A stretch of DNA of 64,000 nt from assembly GCA_947259275.1 (NCBI GenBank), contig CAMYMH010000005.1, positions 7,449-71,448 of the forward strand, in the 5' to 3' direction. Of the stretch, positions 29,935 to 40,000 are shown piece by piece. Position numbers and translations under genes: made by a program. The notes under the pieces were generated by a model. The model ran no database searches. It saw only the letters and a list, made by a program, of their open reading frames with translations, and was not told where the DNA came from. How positions within the stretch are numbered: position 1 is the first letter of the stretch; the number at the start of each line of letters is the position of its first letter. The stretch is from an uncultured Acidimicrobiaceae bacterium (GTDB lineage Bacteria; Actinomycetota; Acidimicrobiia; Spongiisociales; SHLN01).

Positions 29935-31563
29935 CTAGGTGTCCCAGTGTGTCTCGAATGGCCCGATCTGGTACATCTCGCCTCCGATCTGGTAGGCGAG
30001 TTCCTCACCGGTCAGGTTGACGATCACCCGGCCTGGAGAGCCCGACCGCGGCTGCCGCTCGATGCCGAAAAGGCCGGATGGCAGATCGAGTATCCGCTGT
30101 GGAACGTCGGGATGGAACGCCCGGTCGCCCACCCTCCGCTTCAACATGTGGCGCATCCCCCCGAGTATCCGTCCCGTCGTGCCTCCTCCCATCCGACGCT
30201 CGAGTCCCGGCAGGTCGGTGAACTTGTGACGGTTGAGCGATCGGGCCCGGCCCGTCTCGGCGAACACCGTCTGATCGTTGGGCGTACCGAAAATGCTGTG
30301 CACGTAGATGCCGGGAATGCCTCGCAGCGCCAACTGAATGGCGTGGGAACCGAGGTGTCTCCGAACTGCCGCTTCTTCCTCATGCCCGGCCGCCATCAGG
30401 TCAAACCAGGTCGAGTTGAGCTCGTAGGGGATTTCGCGCCCATCCGGACCGGTCCGATGCGAGACCCGCCCTCCGGCATCAATGGTGAGCGAGGCCAGTC
30501 CATCCACCGCCCCCGAATCGGCGACGCCCTCGAGCGGCCGCACCCCCACCCCGTCGTGCGAGGCGAGGAAGTTGAAAAACGTGGTCCCCGGAACCGTGAT
30601 CTCGAGCGAAGCTGCCCATTCCCGGAGGGCGGTGCCGTCTCCGGTCCGAAAAGCATCGAGCACGAGCGGACCGAGCGGGAACTGATAAACCATTTGGGCC
30701 TCCCGCACCGATCCATCGCCGAAGTAGGAGATGTTCTCCTCATGGGGCACATTCGTTTCGGTCAGGAGCAGGACATCGGGATAGGTTTCGTCGAGACAGG
30801 CTCGCCACAACTGGATAACCGCGTGCGTCTGGGGCAAGTGAATGCACGATGTTCCTGCCTCCTTCCACAGCAGGCCAATCGCGTCCAGGCGGATGAATGA
30901 GGCGCCGCGTTTGGCATATGCCAGCAGGATGTCGAGGCTGGCGAGCAGCACCCGCGGGTTGGAGAAGTCGAGATCGACCTGATCGGCCGAGAAGGTGGTC
31001 CACACCTCAACCGGGCCCTGATCGGCCTCGAAGCGGGTGAACAGCGGGGACGTTCGCGGTCGCACCACGGCGGAGTAGTCGGCGCCAGACTGACGAGTCA
31101 GGAAGAAGCCGGCGTACTCCGGGTCGCCGCCGAGGAATCCCTCGAACCAAGCCGATTGAGCGGACATGTGGTTGAGCACCGCGTCGAGTCCAAGCCGATG
31201 ACGACGAGCGATGGCTTCGACGTCATCCCAGGTTCCATGGTCGGGATCGACCGCCAGATAATCGATGACACTGAACCCGTCGTCGCTCGACCAGGGATAG
31301 AGCGGGAGGATGTGAATCCCGGTCAACCAGCCCGCCAGATGCCGGTCAAAGAACTCCCCGAGTGTTTGGAGCGGCGGCGTTTCCGGTTCCTGGAACTGGT
31401 CGGCGTATGTGATGAGCCACGCATCGCGCTCCGACCATCCGCCGCCATCTGATTGGTGGAGGCCATGCTCGGCCAGGATCGCATCGACCTCGAGCGCGAC
31501 CGCGGCCGCGCCGTCCCCGTACAGCGACTTGAGTAGCTGGAGGCGGAGCGCACCGGTATTCAC
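29935..31563 (-). CDS. GH13_18 sucrose-phosphorylase-family glycoside phosphorylase; candidate glucosylglycerate or glucosylglycerol phosphorylase
   Basis: Catalytic blocks in order: FIRLDAIGLLWKE (nucleophile D), LLLTETNVPHEEN (acid/base E), FLASHDGVGV (transition-state D). The specific substrate is inferred from the adjacent glycerate kinase. Confidence 0.75.
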   Translation of the reverse strand: MNTGALRLQLLKSLYGDGAAAVALEVDAILAEHGLHQSDGGGWSERDAWLITYADQFQEPETPPLQTLGEFFDRHLAGWLTGIHILPLYPWSSDDGFSVIDYLAVDPDHGTWDDVEAIARRHRLGLDAVLNHMSAQSAWFEGFLGGDPEYAGFFLTRQSGADYSAVVRPRTSPLFTRFEADQGPVEVWTTFSADQVDLDFSNPRVLLASLDILLAYAKRGASFIRLDAIGLLWKEAGTSCIHLPQTHAVIQLWRACLDETYPDVLLLTETNVPHEENISYFGDGSVREAQMVYQFPLGPLVLDAFRTGDGTALREWAASLEITVPGTTFFNFLASHDGVGVRPLEGVADSGAVDGLASLTIDAGGRVSHRTGPDGREIPYELNSTWFDLMAAGHEEEAAVRRHLGSHAIQLALRGIPGIYVHSIFGTPNDQTVFAETGRARSLNRHKFTDLPGLERRMGGGTTGRILGGMRHMLKRRVGDRAFHPDVPQRILDLPSGLFGIERQPRSGSPGRVIVNLTGEELAYQIGGEMYQIGPFETHWDT

Positions 31564-32798
31564 CGGCGCCACACCACCCATAGATCGCCGACGTTGGTCC
31601 CACTCGGCCCGATCCGCAGCAGATCCCCGCTTGCCTCCAGAAAGGGGTGCGAGTCGTGATCGGAGATGTAGGCGACCGCATCGAGGCCGGCCTCCCGGCC
31701 TCGACTGACGGTCCCGGCGTCCACCACCGCCCCGGCCGCGTCGGTTGGGCCGTCGACGCCGTCGGTCGCCAGCGTCCCGAATAGCAGTTGCTCGTCGCCG
31801 CCGTCGAGAAGCAGCGCGGCGGCCAACGCAGCATGCTGATTTCGGCCGCCTACCCCGCCGCCGGTGACCTCGACGGTGGTCTCGCCCGCTGAGAACGTCA
31901 TGCCGTCCTCCGCCGCGGCTGCCACTGCGCCCCCGGCGGCGGTCTCAGCGTCGCCGCCCAGCTCGGTGGTCTCGATCCGGGCGGGTATCCCCACTCGTTC
32001 GGCGGCCACGACGGCGGCCTCGGCCGCCAGTGCGGCATTGGCAACCACCTCCACCTCGTGGGACGGGAAGGGGTCCTTCGAGGTCTCAGCGACGGCGCCT
32101 CGTAGCCCGGCTTCCAGCACCGCGGATACGGCGGCCGGGGCATCAATCCGATAGCTCTCCAGCACCCTCACCGCTTCCCGGTAGGTGGTTGGATCCGGCA
32201 CTGTGGGGCCGGACCCGATGGTGTCGACCGGATCACCAACCACATCGGATAGGAGCAGCGACCGGGCCGGCCGCTCGCCCGAACGCTCGGCCAGGCGACC
32301 TCCCTTGATCGAGGACAGGTGCTTGCGGACGGCATTCATCTCGCCGATGTCGGCTCCCGACCTGAGCAGCGCAGCCGTGACGGTGGCCAGGTCCTCAATC
32401 GAGAGGCCGGGCACCGGCAGCTCGCACAGCGCCGATGAGCCGCCGGATATGAGAAACAGAATCGGCCCATCGCTGGCATCGATGAGTGCGACTACTCCCT
32501 CACCGGCGGCCAGGCTGTGTTCGTCGGGAATGGGATGCCCGCCGGTATAACTGACGAAGCCGTCACGGAGGGGCTCGACGTGGTCACTCACCACAATGCC
32601 GGATGCCGCCCCCGGAACCCCCCGGGCCATGGCGGGAGCAGCCTTCCCGATGGCGACGACGGTTACCGGCTCCTCGATCGGTCGGCCCTCGAGTGCCACC
32701 CGGACCGCGTTCTCCGGGTCGACGGCCTCGAGTGCGGCGGTGAAGACGTCGATTATGGGGGCCCGTTCGGGCCAGTCGCGGGGGAAGCTGAGCTCCAC
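31560..32798 (-). CDS. glycerate 2-kinase (MOFRL/DUF4147 family)
   Basis: 412 aa with N-terminal DUF4147-like and C-terminal MOFRL-like blocks (AIGKAAPAMARG...ISGGSSALCELP...TLATDGVDGPTDAAGA). Confidence 0.75.
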   Translation of the reverse strand: MELSFPRDWPERAPIIDVFTAALEAVDPENAVRVALEGRPIEEPVTVVAIGKAAPAMARGVPGAASGIVVSDHVEPLRDGFVSYTGGHPIPDEHSLAAGEGVVALIDASDGPILFLISGGSSALCELPVPGLSIEDLATVTAALLRSGADIGEMNAVRKHLSSIKGGRLAERSGERPARSLLLSDVVGDPVDTIGSGPTVPDPTTYREAVRVLESYRIDAPAAVSAVLEAGLRGAVAETSKDPFPSHEVEVVANAALAAEAAVVAAERVGIPARIETTELGGDAETAAGGAVAAAAEDGMTFSAGETTVEVTGGGVGGRNQHAALAAALLLDGGDEQLLFGTLATDGVDGPTDAAGAVVDAGTVSRGREAGLDAVAYISDHDSHPFLEASGDLLRIGPSGTNVGDLWVVWRR

Positions 32799-32871
32799 CC
32801 CTTCACGCTACCCGTTGCGAAGCGGGCCGATTGGGACGCCCTAGGATTTCGATGCTTGTCAATCCAGGAGC

Positions 32872-33639
32872 ATGTGCATGAACATCGTCGTCTGCGTCAA
32901 GCAGATACCGGATCCGGCCAACCCCAGCGAGCTGGATCCGCAATCGCATTTCCTCGTCCGACCAGATGATCAGGTGATGGACGATGGAGACCGCTACGGA
33001 GTCGAGATGGCGCTACAGCTGGCCGAGGCCTCGGAAGGTTCGGTCACCCTCGTCTCGATGGGACCCGCCGGCAGCCTCCAGGGCATCCGCCAGGCGCTGG
33101 CCATGGGCGCCGATAAGGCCGTCATCATCACCGACGACGCCCTGCGCGGCGCCGGAGCACTGGAAACCGCCCAGGTGCTGGCGGCCGCCATCACTCGGGA
33201 GGGCTACGACTTGGTGCTGTGCGGCACCGAGTCGACCGACGGATACAGCGGCGTCGTTCCCCAGCAGATTGCCGAAATCCTCGGCGTGCCCGCCCTCACC
33301 TATGCCCGCAAGGTGGAACTGGATGACTCGACGGTCAAGATCGAGCAACAGACCGCGGCCGGGTACAACGAGGTGCAATCACCAGCTCCGGTCCTGCTCT
33401 CCCTCACCGCCGGCGTGGTTGAGCCTCGATACCCGACGTTCAAGGGAATCATGGCCGCCAAATCCAAGCCGGTCGAGCAGATGACCCTGGCCGATCTCAG
33501 CGTCGAAATCGCCGGTGCCGGACAGGAAATCTTGTCGGTGGCGCCTGCCGAGGGACGGGTCGCCGGCGTGAAGATCGAGGATGAGGGCGAGGCGCACCTA
33601 GAAATCGTTGCCAAGCTCCAAGAACTGAAGGTGGTCTGA
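32872..33639 (+). CDS. etfB: electron transfer flavoprotein beta subunit
   Basis: MNIVVCVKQIPD N-terminus, 255 aa. Confidence 0.92.
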   Translation: MCMNIVVCVKQIPDPANPSELDPQSHFLVRPDDQVMDDGDRYGVEMALQLAEASEGSVTLVSMGPAGSLQGIRQALAMGADKAVIITDDALRGAGALETAQVLAAAITREGYDLVLCGTESTDGYSGVVPQQIAEILGVPALTYARKVELDDSTVKIEQQTAAGYNEVQSPAPVLLSLTAGVVEPRYPTFKGIMAAKSKPVEQMTLADLSVEIAGAGQEILSVAPAEGRVAGVKIEDEGEAHLEIVAKLQELKVV

Positions 33640-33640
33640 C

Positions 33641-34585
33641 GTGAAGACGTGGGTTTTCGTAGAAGAGACGAATGGGGCACCCGCCCCGGTTGGCCTGGAG
33701 CTGCTGACCAAGGCTCGCGACCTCGGTGAGGTGAGCGCGGTGTTCCTCGGGAGCAGTGACGAGGCCATCGCCGAACTCGGCCGGTTCGGGGCGAGCGCGG
33801 TGTACAAGTTGACGCCGGCCGAAGGCTCATTCCCGGCGGCGGCGGCCGCGGCCGCCCTGTCCGAGCTGGCCACCGCAGAGCAACCGGACCTCATCTTGTT
33901 CGGCCTCACCTACACAGACCGCGACGTGGCCGGCAGGGTCAGCGTCCGCCTCGGGCGACCGATCGTGTCGAATGCCAGCGACATCAAGGCGGATGGAGAC
34001 TCGATCGTGGCCACCAACGAGATTTTCGGTGGCACCGTGCGGGTGGAGACGGCGGTGCGGGCGGAGGCCCCGGCGCTCGTCATCGCCCGGCCAAAGTCCT
34101 TCAATGCCGAGCCCGGCGGAGAGCAGACTCCGGCGGTAACCGAGGTTGCACTCCCCGACGTTGGTCATGCCGGCTCGGCATCGGTTACAGCCGTTCACGT
34201 GGAGAAGTCGGAGGGCCCGAAGCTGGAGGAGGCCGACATCGTCGTGTCTGGTGGCCGGGGTCTCGGCGCCGCCGAGAAATTCGAGCTGATGGAACAGCTC
34301 GCCGACAAGCTGGGAGCCGCCACCGGCGCCACCCGGGCAGTTGTTGACGCGGGATGGGTGGCCTATTCCAAGCAGGTTGGCCAAACCGGCAAGACCGTCA
34401 AGCCGAACGTCTATATCGCCTGCGGGATAAGCGGAGCGATGCAGCATTTGGTTGGAATGAAGGACTCGGGAACGATCATCGCGGTGAACAAGGACCCGGA
34501 TGCCCCGATATTCGACGTGGCCGATCTCGGCATCGTCGGCGACCTCCACCAGGTGATTCCCAAGCTGCTCGAAGCGCTTCCCTGA
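33641..34585 (+). CDS. etfA: electron transfer flavoprotein alpha subunit
   Basis: 314 aa. C-terminal FAD-binding block (YIACGISGAMQHLVGMKDSGTIIAVNKDPDAPIF). Confidence 0.92.
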   Translation: MKTWVFVEETNGAPAPVGLELLTKARDLGEVSAVFLGSSDEAIAELGRFGASAVYKLTPAEGSFPAAAAAAALSELATAEQPDLILFGLTYTDRDVAGRVSVRLGRPIVSNASDIKADGDSIVATNEIFGGTVRVETAVRAEAPALVIARPKSFNAEPGGEQTPAVTEVALPDVGHAGSASVTAVHVEKSEGPKLEEADIVVSGGRGLGAAEKFELMEQLADKLGAATGATRAVVDAGWVAYSKQVGQTGKTVKPNVYIACGISGAMQHLVGMKDSGTIIAVNKDPDAPIFDVADLGIVGDLHQVIPKLLEALP

Positions 34586-34595
34586 GGGGCGCCGC

Positions 34596-35066
34596 CTAGC
34601 TCTCGGAAACCCGATATAGAGTCGCCTCGAGATGCAGGCTCAAGCCCACGTCGGCATAGGCCATGTCGAGCCGGTAGGAAAGCGAGTCGTCCTCGACCAC
34701 CAGGTGCCGCACCACCTCGCTCACCGCTTTGGCGGTCGGACTGGCTTGGACGGTGACCGAGTGGAAGGCGAGCGAGGTTCCCTCCAGGACGCCGTGGTGA
34801 ACCTCGGCCAGTCCGGTCGGCTGAGCCAGGACGAGCTCGGGCCCTGCCGGAGTCATGCGTAGGTACCCCATCTCTGAATGCAACGGCGTCCCGTCTCCGC
34901 TACGCGTCGCCTGGGTGTAGAGCAGGAACGGCTTGCCCGGTCCCGGGCGGTACGACACCTCCTCGGTGTACGAGAACGGATCGATGGTCGGGTACCGCCC
35001 GTTGCCCATGCCGCGCCATGATCCCATCAGAAAGCGGATCGGCTCGAGGCCGGGATGCAGCTGCAC
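34596..35066 (-). CDS. nitrobindin / FABP-like heme-binding beta-barrel protein (UPF0678 family)
   Basis: LMGSWRGMGNGRYPTIDPFSYTEEV...PFLLYTQATR...LHSEMGYLR matches the mycobacterial Rv2717c-type family. Confidence 0.8.
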   Translation of the reverse strand: MQLHPGLEPIRFLMGSWRGMGNGRYPTIDPFSYTEEVSYRPGPGKPFLLYTQATRSGDGTPLHSEMGYLRMTPAGPELVLAQPTGLAEVHHGVLEGTSLAFHSVTVQASPTAKAVSEVVRHLVVEDDSLSYRLDMAYADVGLSLHLEATLYRVSES

Positions 35067-35118
35067 CTGCTGAGCCTATCGGTGAGCGCCCTGAGTCATT
35101 GCGGGGTACGGTGATTCC

Positions 35119-35535
35119 ATGGATTTGGTGCGCGCACTTGGGATCCGGAGCGGGGTACGGCTGGCCATCGTCGACTCTCCGGTGCGTTTCAGCGAGGATC
35201 TCGAACCGCTCCCCGCCGGCGTCCAGCACCTGTCGTTGGCCGACGGCAACCTCGACTGCATCGTGCTGTTCGTTGAATCCCGGGCGGATTTGACGGACGC
35301 GATGCCGCCGGCGGTCGACGCCCTCGCCGCCAGCGGCAGCCTGTGGGTGGCCTGGCCGAAGCAATTGTCCGGCTACCCAACCGACGTCTCGACCGGAGTG
35401 GCGCAGGCGGCCGGGATGCGCTTCGGCCTCCTCGACTCCCGCCGACTGTCTCTCAATGACGGTTGGACGGCGCTCCGCTTCATTGTGCGTTTGGACGACC
35501 GCGAGGCGTGGAGCAAACGCTCGTTCGACAAATGA
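35119..35535 (+). CDS. conserved hypothetical protein
   Basis: 138-aa ORF with coding-like composition. No recognisable motif. Confidence 0.5.
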   Translation: MDLVRALGIRSGVRLAIVDSPVRFSEDLEPLPAGVQHLSLADGNLDCIVLFVESRADLTDAMPPAVDALAASGSLWVAWPKQLSGYPTDVSTGVAQAAGMRFGLLDSRRLSLNDGWTALRFIVRLDDREAWSKRSFDK

Positions 35536-35652
35536 CAAAATCGTCTTATGTCGCGGTCGCGGGTAAGAACCTTCCCCCGGCCCATCGTCGTTGACCTATT
35601 CGACCATCGCTGGAACCTTAGGGTCAAGTAGAGGTCGAACCCGTCTGGGTAG

Positions 35653-36039
35653 CTAGCGCCAGTCGGTGAAGCCTCCGGGCAGCAATTCTTCCAGGCTATG
35701 GCTGGCCGAATTCCCATCCGGGCCCGCTACGACTACCCGCTCGACATCGAACTCCACCATCCGCTGGCGGCATTGACCGCACGGGAGGATCGAGGTGAGG
35801 TCGGGCGACAGGACCGCGACGGCCCGCAGCTTGCGCTCCCCGGCCGCTACCGCCTGGCCAATGGCCACTGCCTCGGCGCAGAGCGTCGAAGGGTAGGCGG
35901 CGTTCTCGACGTTGGCACCGGTAAAAACCGCTCCGGACTCACCCACAACCGCCGCACCGACCCGCAAGCGTGAATAAGGGGCATAGGCGTTCTCCGAGGC
36001 AGCGCCGGCTGCGGCGAGCAGTTCCTGATCATTCATCAC
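35653..36039 (-). CDS. cdd: cytidine deaminase
   Basis: Zinc-binding motifs CAEAVAIGQA and PCGQCRQ. Confidence 0.88.
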   Translation of the reverse strand: MMNDQELLAAAGAASENAYAPYSRLRVGAAVVGESGAVFTGANVENAAYPSTLCAEAVAIGQAVAAGERKLRAVAVLSPDLTSILPCGQCRQRMVEFDVERVVVAGPDGNSASHSLEELLPGGFTDWR

Positions 36040-36046
36040 GAGGACG

Positions 36047-37072
36047 CTACCCGCCTTCGCCGAGCAGCGCGGCGATGAACGACGCAGGCTCGAATGTGAC
36101 GAGATCCTCCATCGCTTCTCCGACGCCGATTAGCTTGACGGGCAGCTCGAGGTCCTGTTCGACGGCCACCACCACGCCTCCCCGCGCGGTGCCATCCAGT
36201 TTGCTGAGGATGATGCCGGTGACCCCGACGACATCCGTGAAAGTGTGGGCCTGAGCAATCGCGTTCTGCCCGGTGGTGGCGTCGAGCACCAGCAGCGTCT
36301 CGTCGATGGCCCCCGCTTCACGCGTGAGGATGCGAATGATCTTGCCGAGCTCCTCCATCAAGTTGCGATTGCTGTGCAGCCGGCCGGCGGTGTCGATGAT
36401 GACGAGGTCTGCGCCCATCTCGGTTCCACGTTCGAGGGCGCGGAAGGCAACCGCCGCCGGATCCGAGTTTGGCTCTCCCCCTACGTACTCAGCACCGACG
36501 CGGTCGGCCCAGGTCTCGAGCTGCTCGGACGCTCCGGCCCGGAAGGTGTCGGCCGCGCCGAGCACTACCTGCTTGCCAGCTCCGACGAATCGATGGGCGA
36601 GCTTGGCAATCGAAGTGGTCTTGCCGGTGCCGTTGACTCCCACTATCACCATGAGCGCCGGCCTGCCGTCCGCCCTCAATGACCGGTCCCGGGCGGCGAA
36701 GAGGCCGAGCAGCTCGGCCTGGAGGGCAGCGCGGGCCGCCGCCATGTCATCCGGCTTCGAGGCGCGTACCCGCTCGACGACGGCGGTTGCGGTTCCGACC
36801 CCAACATCTCCGGTGATGAGCGTTTCTTCGAGCTCGGACCAGAAGGCCTCATCGAGCGTGCCCCGGCCGAACAAGCCGATCAGGCGGTCTCCCACCGCAT
36901 GGCGGGTGCGGGCGAGGCGGTCTCCGAGGGTGCGAGGTGTCGGGGGCGCCGCGGTGGGAGAGGGAGGCAGCGAGGGCGCTGCCGTCTCCGCTCTCCCTCG
37001 CGACCAGAGCAATCCAGCAACCGCGGCCAGCAGCACAACCGTCACGATGACGACGACTACTAGTGCTTCCAT
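36047..37072 (-). CDS. ftsY: signal recognition particle receptor FtsY
   Basis: NG domain with GVNGTGKTTS, DTAGR and GVTGIILSKLDGTARGG. Confidence 0.93.
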   Translation of the reverse strand: MEALVVVVIVTVVLLAAVAGLLWSRGRAETAAPSLPPSPTAAPPTPRTLGDRLARTRHAVGDRLIGLFGRGTLDEAFWSELEETLITGDVGVGTATAVVERVRASKPDDMAAARAALQAELLGLFAARDRSLRADGRPALMVIVGVNGTGKTTSIAKLAHRFVGAGKQVVLGAADTFRAGASEQLETWADRVGAEYVGGEPNSDPAAVAFRALERGTEMGADLVIIDTAGRLHSNRNLMEELGKIIRILTREAGAIDETLLVLDATTGQNAIAQAHTFTDVVGVTGIILSKLDGTARGGVVVAVEQDLELPVKLIGVGEAMEDLVTFEPASFIAALLGEGG

Positions 37073-37074
37073 GC

Positions 37075-40000
37075 TCAGACGGTGACGTTTGAGAGTCGCT
37101 TGGCGACAACCTGAGTTGAGCCGCCCGGCTCCATAGTGATGCCGTAGAGGGTGTCGGCGCCTTCCATAGTCTGCTGCTGGTGAGTGACGATGATCACCTG
37201 CGCCGAGTCGCGCAGCAATTCCACCAGCCGCAAGAAGCGATGCAAGTTGGTGTCGTCGAGGGCGGCCTCCACCTCGTCGAGCACATAGAAGGGGCTCGGA
37301 CGAGCGCGGAACACGGCGAACAGGAAGGCGAGAGCAGCCAGGGACCGCTCGCCACCAGACAGGAGCGACAGGCGGCTCACCTTCTTCCCGAGCGGCTGGG
37401 CTTCGATCTCGACACCGGTGTTGAGGTGGTCGCCCGGATGGGAGAGCGACAGCGTGCCGCGTCCCCCGGGGAACAGCAACGAGAAGTTCTCGGCGTATGA
37501 GGAGGAGATATCGACGAAGGCGTCGGCAAACAAGGTCGCCATCTCGTCGTCGAGGGCCTTGATGACCTTCTCGAGCTCGGCGGCGGATTCGTTCAGGTCG
37601 GCGAGCTGGCCGTCGAGGAACTCAGCCCGCTGCGAGAGATCCTCATACTCCTGAGCTGCCAGCGGGTTGACGGGGCCCATCCGGCGCACGTCGGCCTCGA
37701 GTGACTCGAGGTGGGCGCGGGGATCGGCCCCTTCGGGTACTTCCACCGCCGGGGCCGCCAGGGCCTGCTCGACGGTGGCGTCCAGGTCCCGCCGCAGACC
37801 CTCGGCCACTGCTTCGATCCGCACCCTGAGCCCTTCCAGCTCCACTGCGAGAGTTGAACGGGTTTCCTTGGTGGCCGCAATCTGCTTGGTCAGCTCCCCC
37901 GCCCGGCTGCGCGCTTCGTCCAATCGCTCGACCGCCTCACCCGAGGTTCGACGCAGCTCGGCCTGGCGGGAGCGAAGTACGGCGATGTGTTCCCCAACCG
38001 AGGCGAGGCCCGACCTGGCATCGGCCTCGACTCGTTGCAGGCGCACCAGGTCGCTCGGGTCGACATGAAAGCCGACCGCCCGCTCCAGCTCCAGTTCGAC
38101 CGCGGCCTTCCGGGTCTCCAGCAGCTTGCGACGCTCGGTGGCGGCACCGAGCGCAGCAGCTGATTGCTCGCGCAACCGGCGAGTTTGTTCGCGGCGGTCG
38201 GCGATCTCCTGCCGTCGGCGGCTCAGCGCCTCCCAGGCTGCCTGCCGGGCAGCTTCTTCTCCTTCGAGATCATCGAGGCGGCTGCGCAGCTCGACGAGAC
38301 GCTCATTGCGATGCAGCTCGCCCTCTTTGAGAGCGCCTATCCGATCGCCCAGCCGGGTCTTCTCGCCGGCCGCTTCGGTGACGGCGCGCTCCACCCGGTC
38401 GAGAGCTTCGGCGGCTCCCGCCATGCGAGCTTCGAGCGCTTCGAGAGCTTCGAGCTGGGAACGCTCCTCGTCTTTGAGGTCCTGGAGTGTCCGACGTGCG
38501 GCCGATTCGCGGCTAGCGGCTCTCGCCGCCTCGGTGTCGATTTCGGCCAGCTCTTCGCGTGCCCGGGTGAGAGTGACTGCCAGACGGTCGGAACCGGCCG
38601 ACAGGCGGATGCCGGCGATGGTTATCAGGTCGCCTTCGCGGGTGACCGCCCGCAGCTGGGGATGGGCCTGCACGAAGGCCCACGCCGCCGACCAGCTATC
38701 GGCCAGAACGACGTCTGCCAGCAGCCGGCGCGCCACCGAAACGTCCGTGGCCGGCCCGAGCAGCTCGATGATCGGCCGGCCGGGGACGGTGGTCGGCAAC
38801 ATCCGGCTGTCGTCGCCTCCCACTCCGCCGACTACAAATGACATTCCGCCGAGGTGGCGGGTCTTGAGCTCGGCCACGGTGTCGGCCAGGCCCTGAGGAG
38901 TGGCCACGAGGGCTTCGGCCCACGGCCCAAGGGCGGCTCCGACCGCGTCGACCAGCTCATCAGGTATGTCGAGCACTGCAACGACCTCGTCCCCGACTCC
39001 GGCCAGGCCGGCTGCGTGGTCGCGCACCTCGGGGCTTACCACCCCGGCTTGTTCGAGCGCCTCGACCCGGGCCCGGGCGGCGGCCAGCCGCCGGGTTTGG
39101 TCGGCGAGGTCCGCCTCATGCGCCTGCCATGCGCTCTCACCGGCCTCCCGGGAGGTCCCGGCCCGCTGGTAGGCGTCCTGCTGAGCACCGGCTTGCTTGT
39201 CGAGCCGGCGGATCTCTTCGCGCAGTTCCTCGACGCCGGTTCGGTCCCGGTCGAGCGATCCGGCCACGATGGCGAGGCGCTGCGTGGCTCCGGTCAACTC
39301 CCTCCCGTCCCGGCCGGCGGCCGCTTCGAGTGCCTGGAGATCTCCTCGCAAGGTGGCGATCACGCCCTCGACCGGCAAGCTCTCTTGCTCGGCAAGCGAG
39401 CGCTCCTCGTCTTCGAGCGCCCGTAGGGCAATCTTGGCCCGCTCGGCAGTGGCCCGGGCCTGTCCCTCCTCGGTCGCAGACGTCGCCAGGTCTTCGACGA
39501 TGGTCCGCGTCTCAGCCATCAGGTCGTCGTGCCGCTCGCCGGCGGCCTCGGCCCCCGTAATGAGACTGCGGTGTCGCTCGTGAGCCACCTGGGCGATGCG
39601 CTGCAGTCGTTCCGATGTTGTCTCGAGTCGGGCGGCCGCGGCAGTGTCTCGCTGCAACGCACGGCCTGATTCGCCTGCCGCGGCCTCGAGCGACTCCAGT
39701 CCGGTCTCCAGGTCGGCGAGGGTCGAAGTCGATTCCTCTTGACGGATGGCTGCCACTTGCTCCTCGGCCTCCGCCGTCCGCAACCGAGCCTGCAGCTGGG
39801 AAAGCTCCTGTCCCCCCAGGAAGAGCCGCAGGGCCCGGGCCCGGCTCCGGACATCGTCGTAGCGAGCGGCGGCGTTTGCCTGCCGCTTGAGCGGACGCAT
39901 CTGGCGGAGGAGCTCCTTGTGGATGTCCTCGAGGCGCTGAACATCGGTCTGAGTTCGCTCCAGGCGCCGGGCAGCCCGCGTTCGGCGGTTACGGTGCTTC

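Noticed and set aside
29776-30900. 374-aa plus-strand ORF antisense to the GH13 phosphorylase
   Set aside because: Antisense artefact.
35536-35652. Searched the convergent intergenic region (and others) for tRNA-like cloverleafs, e.g. ggtcgaacccg as a T-arm
   Set aside because: No acceptor-stem complementarity or GTTCRANYC T-loop consensus was found. No tRNA, rRNA or tmRNA could be supported anywhere in the window.
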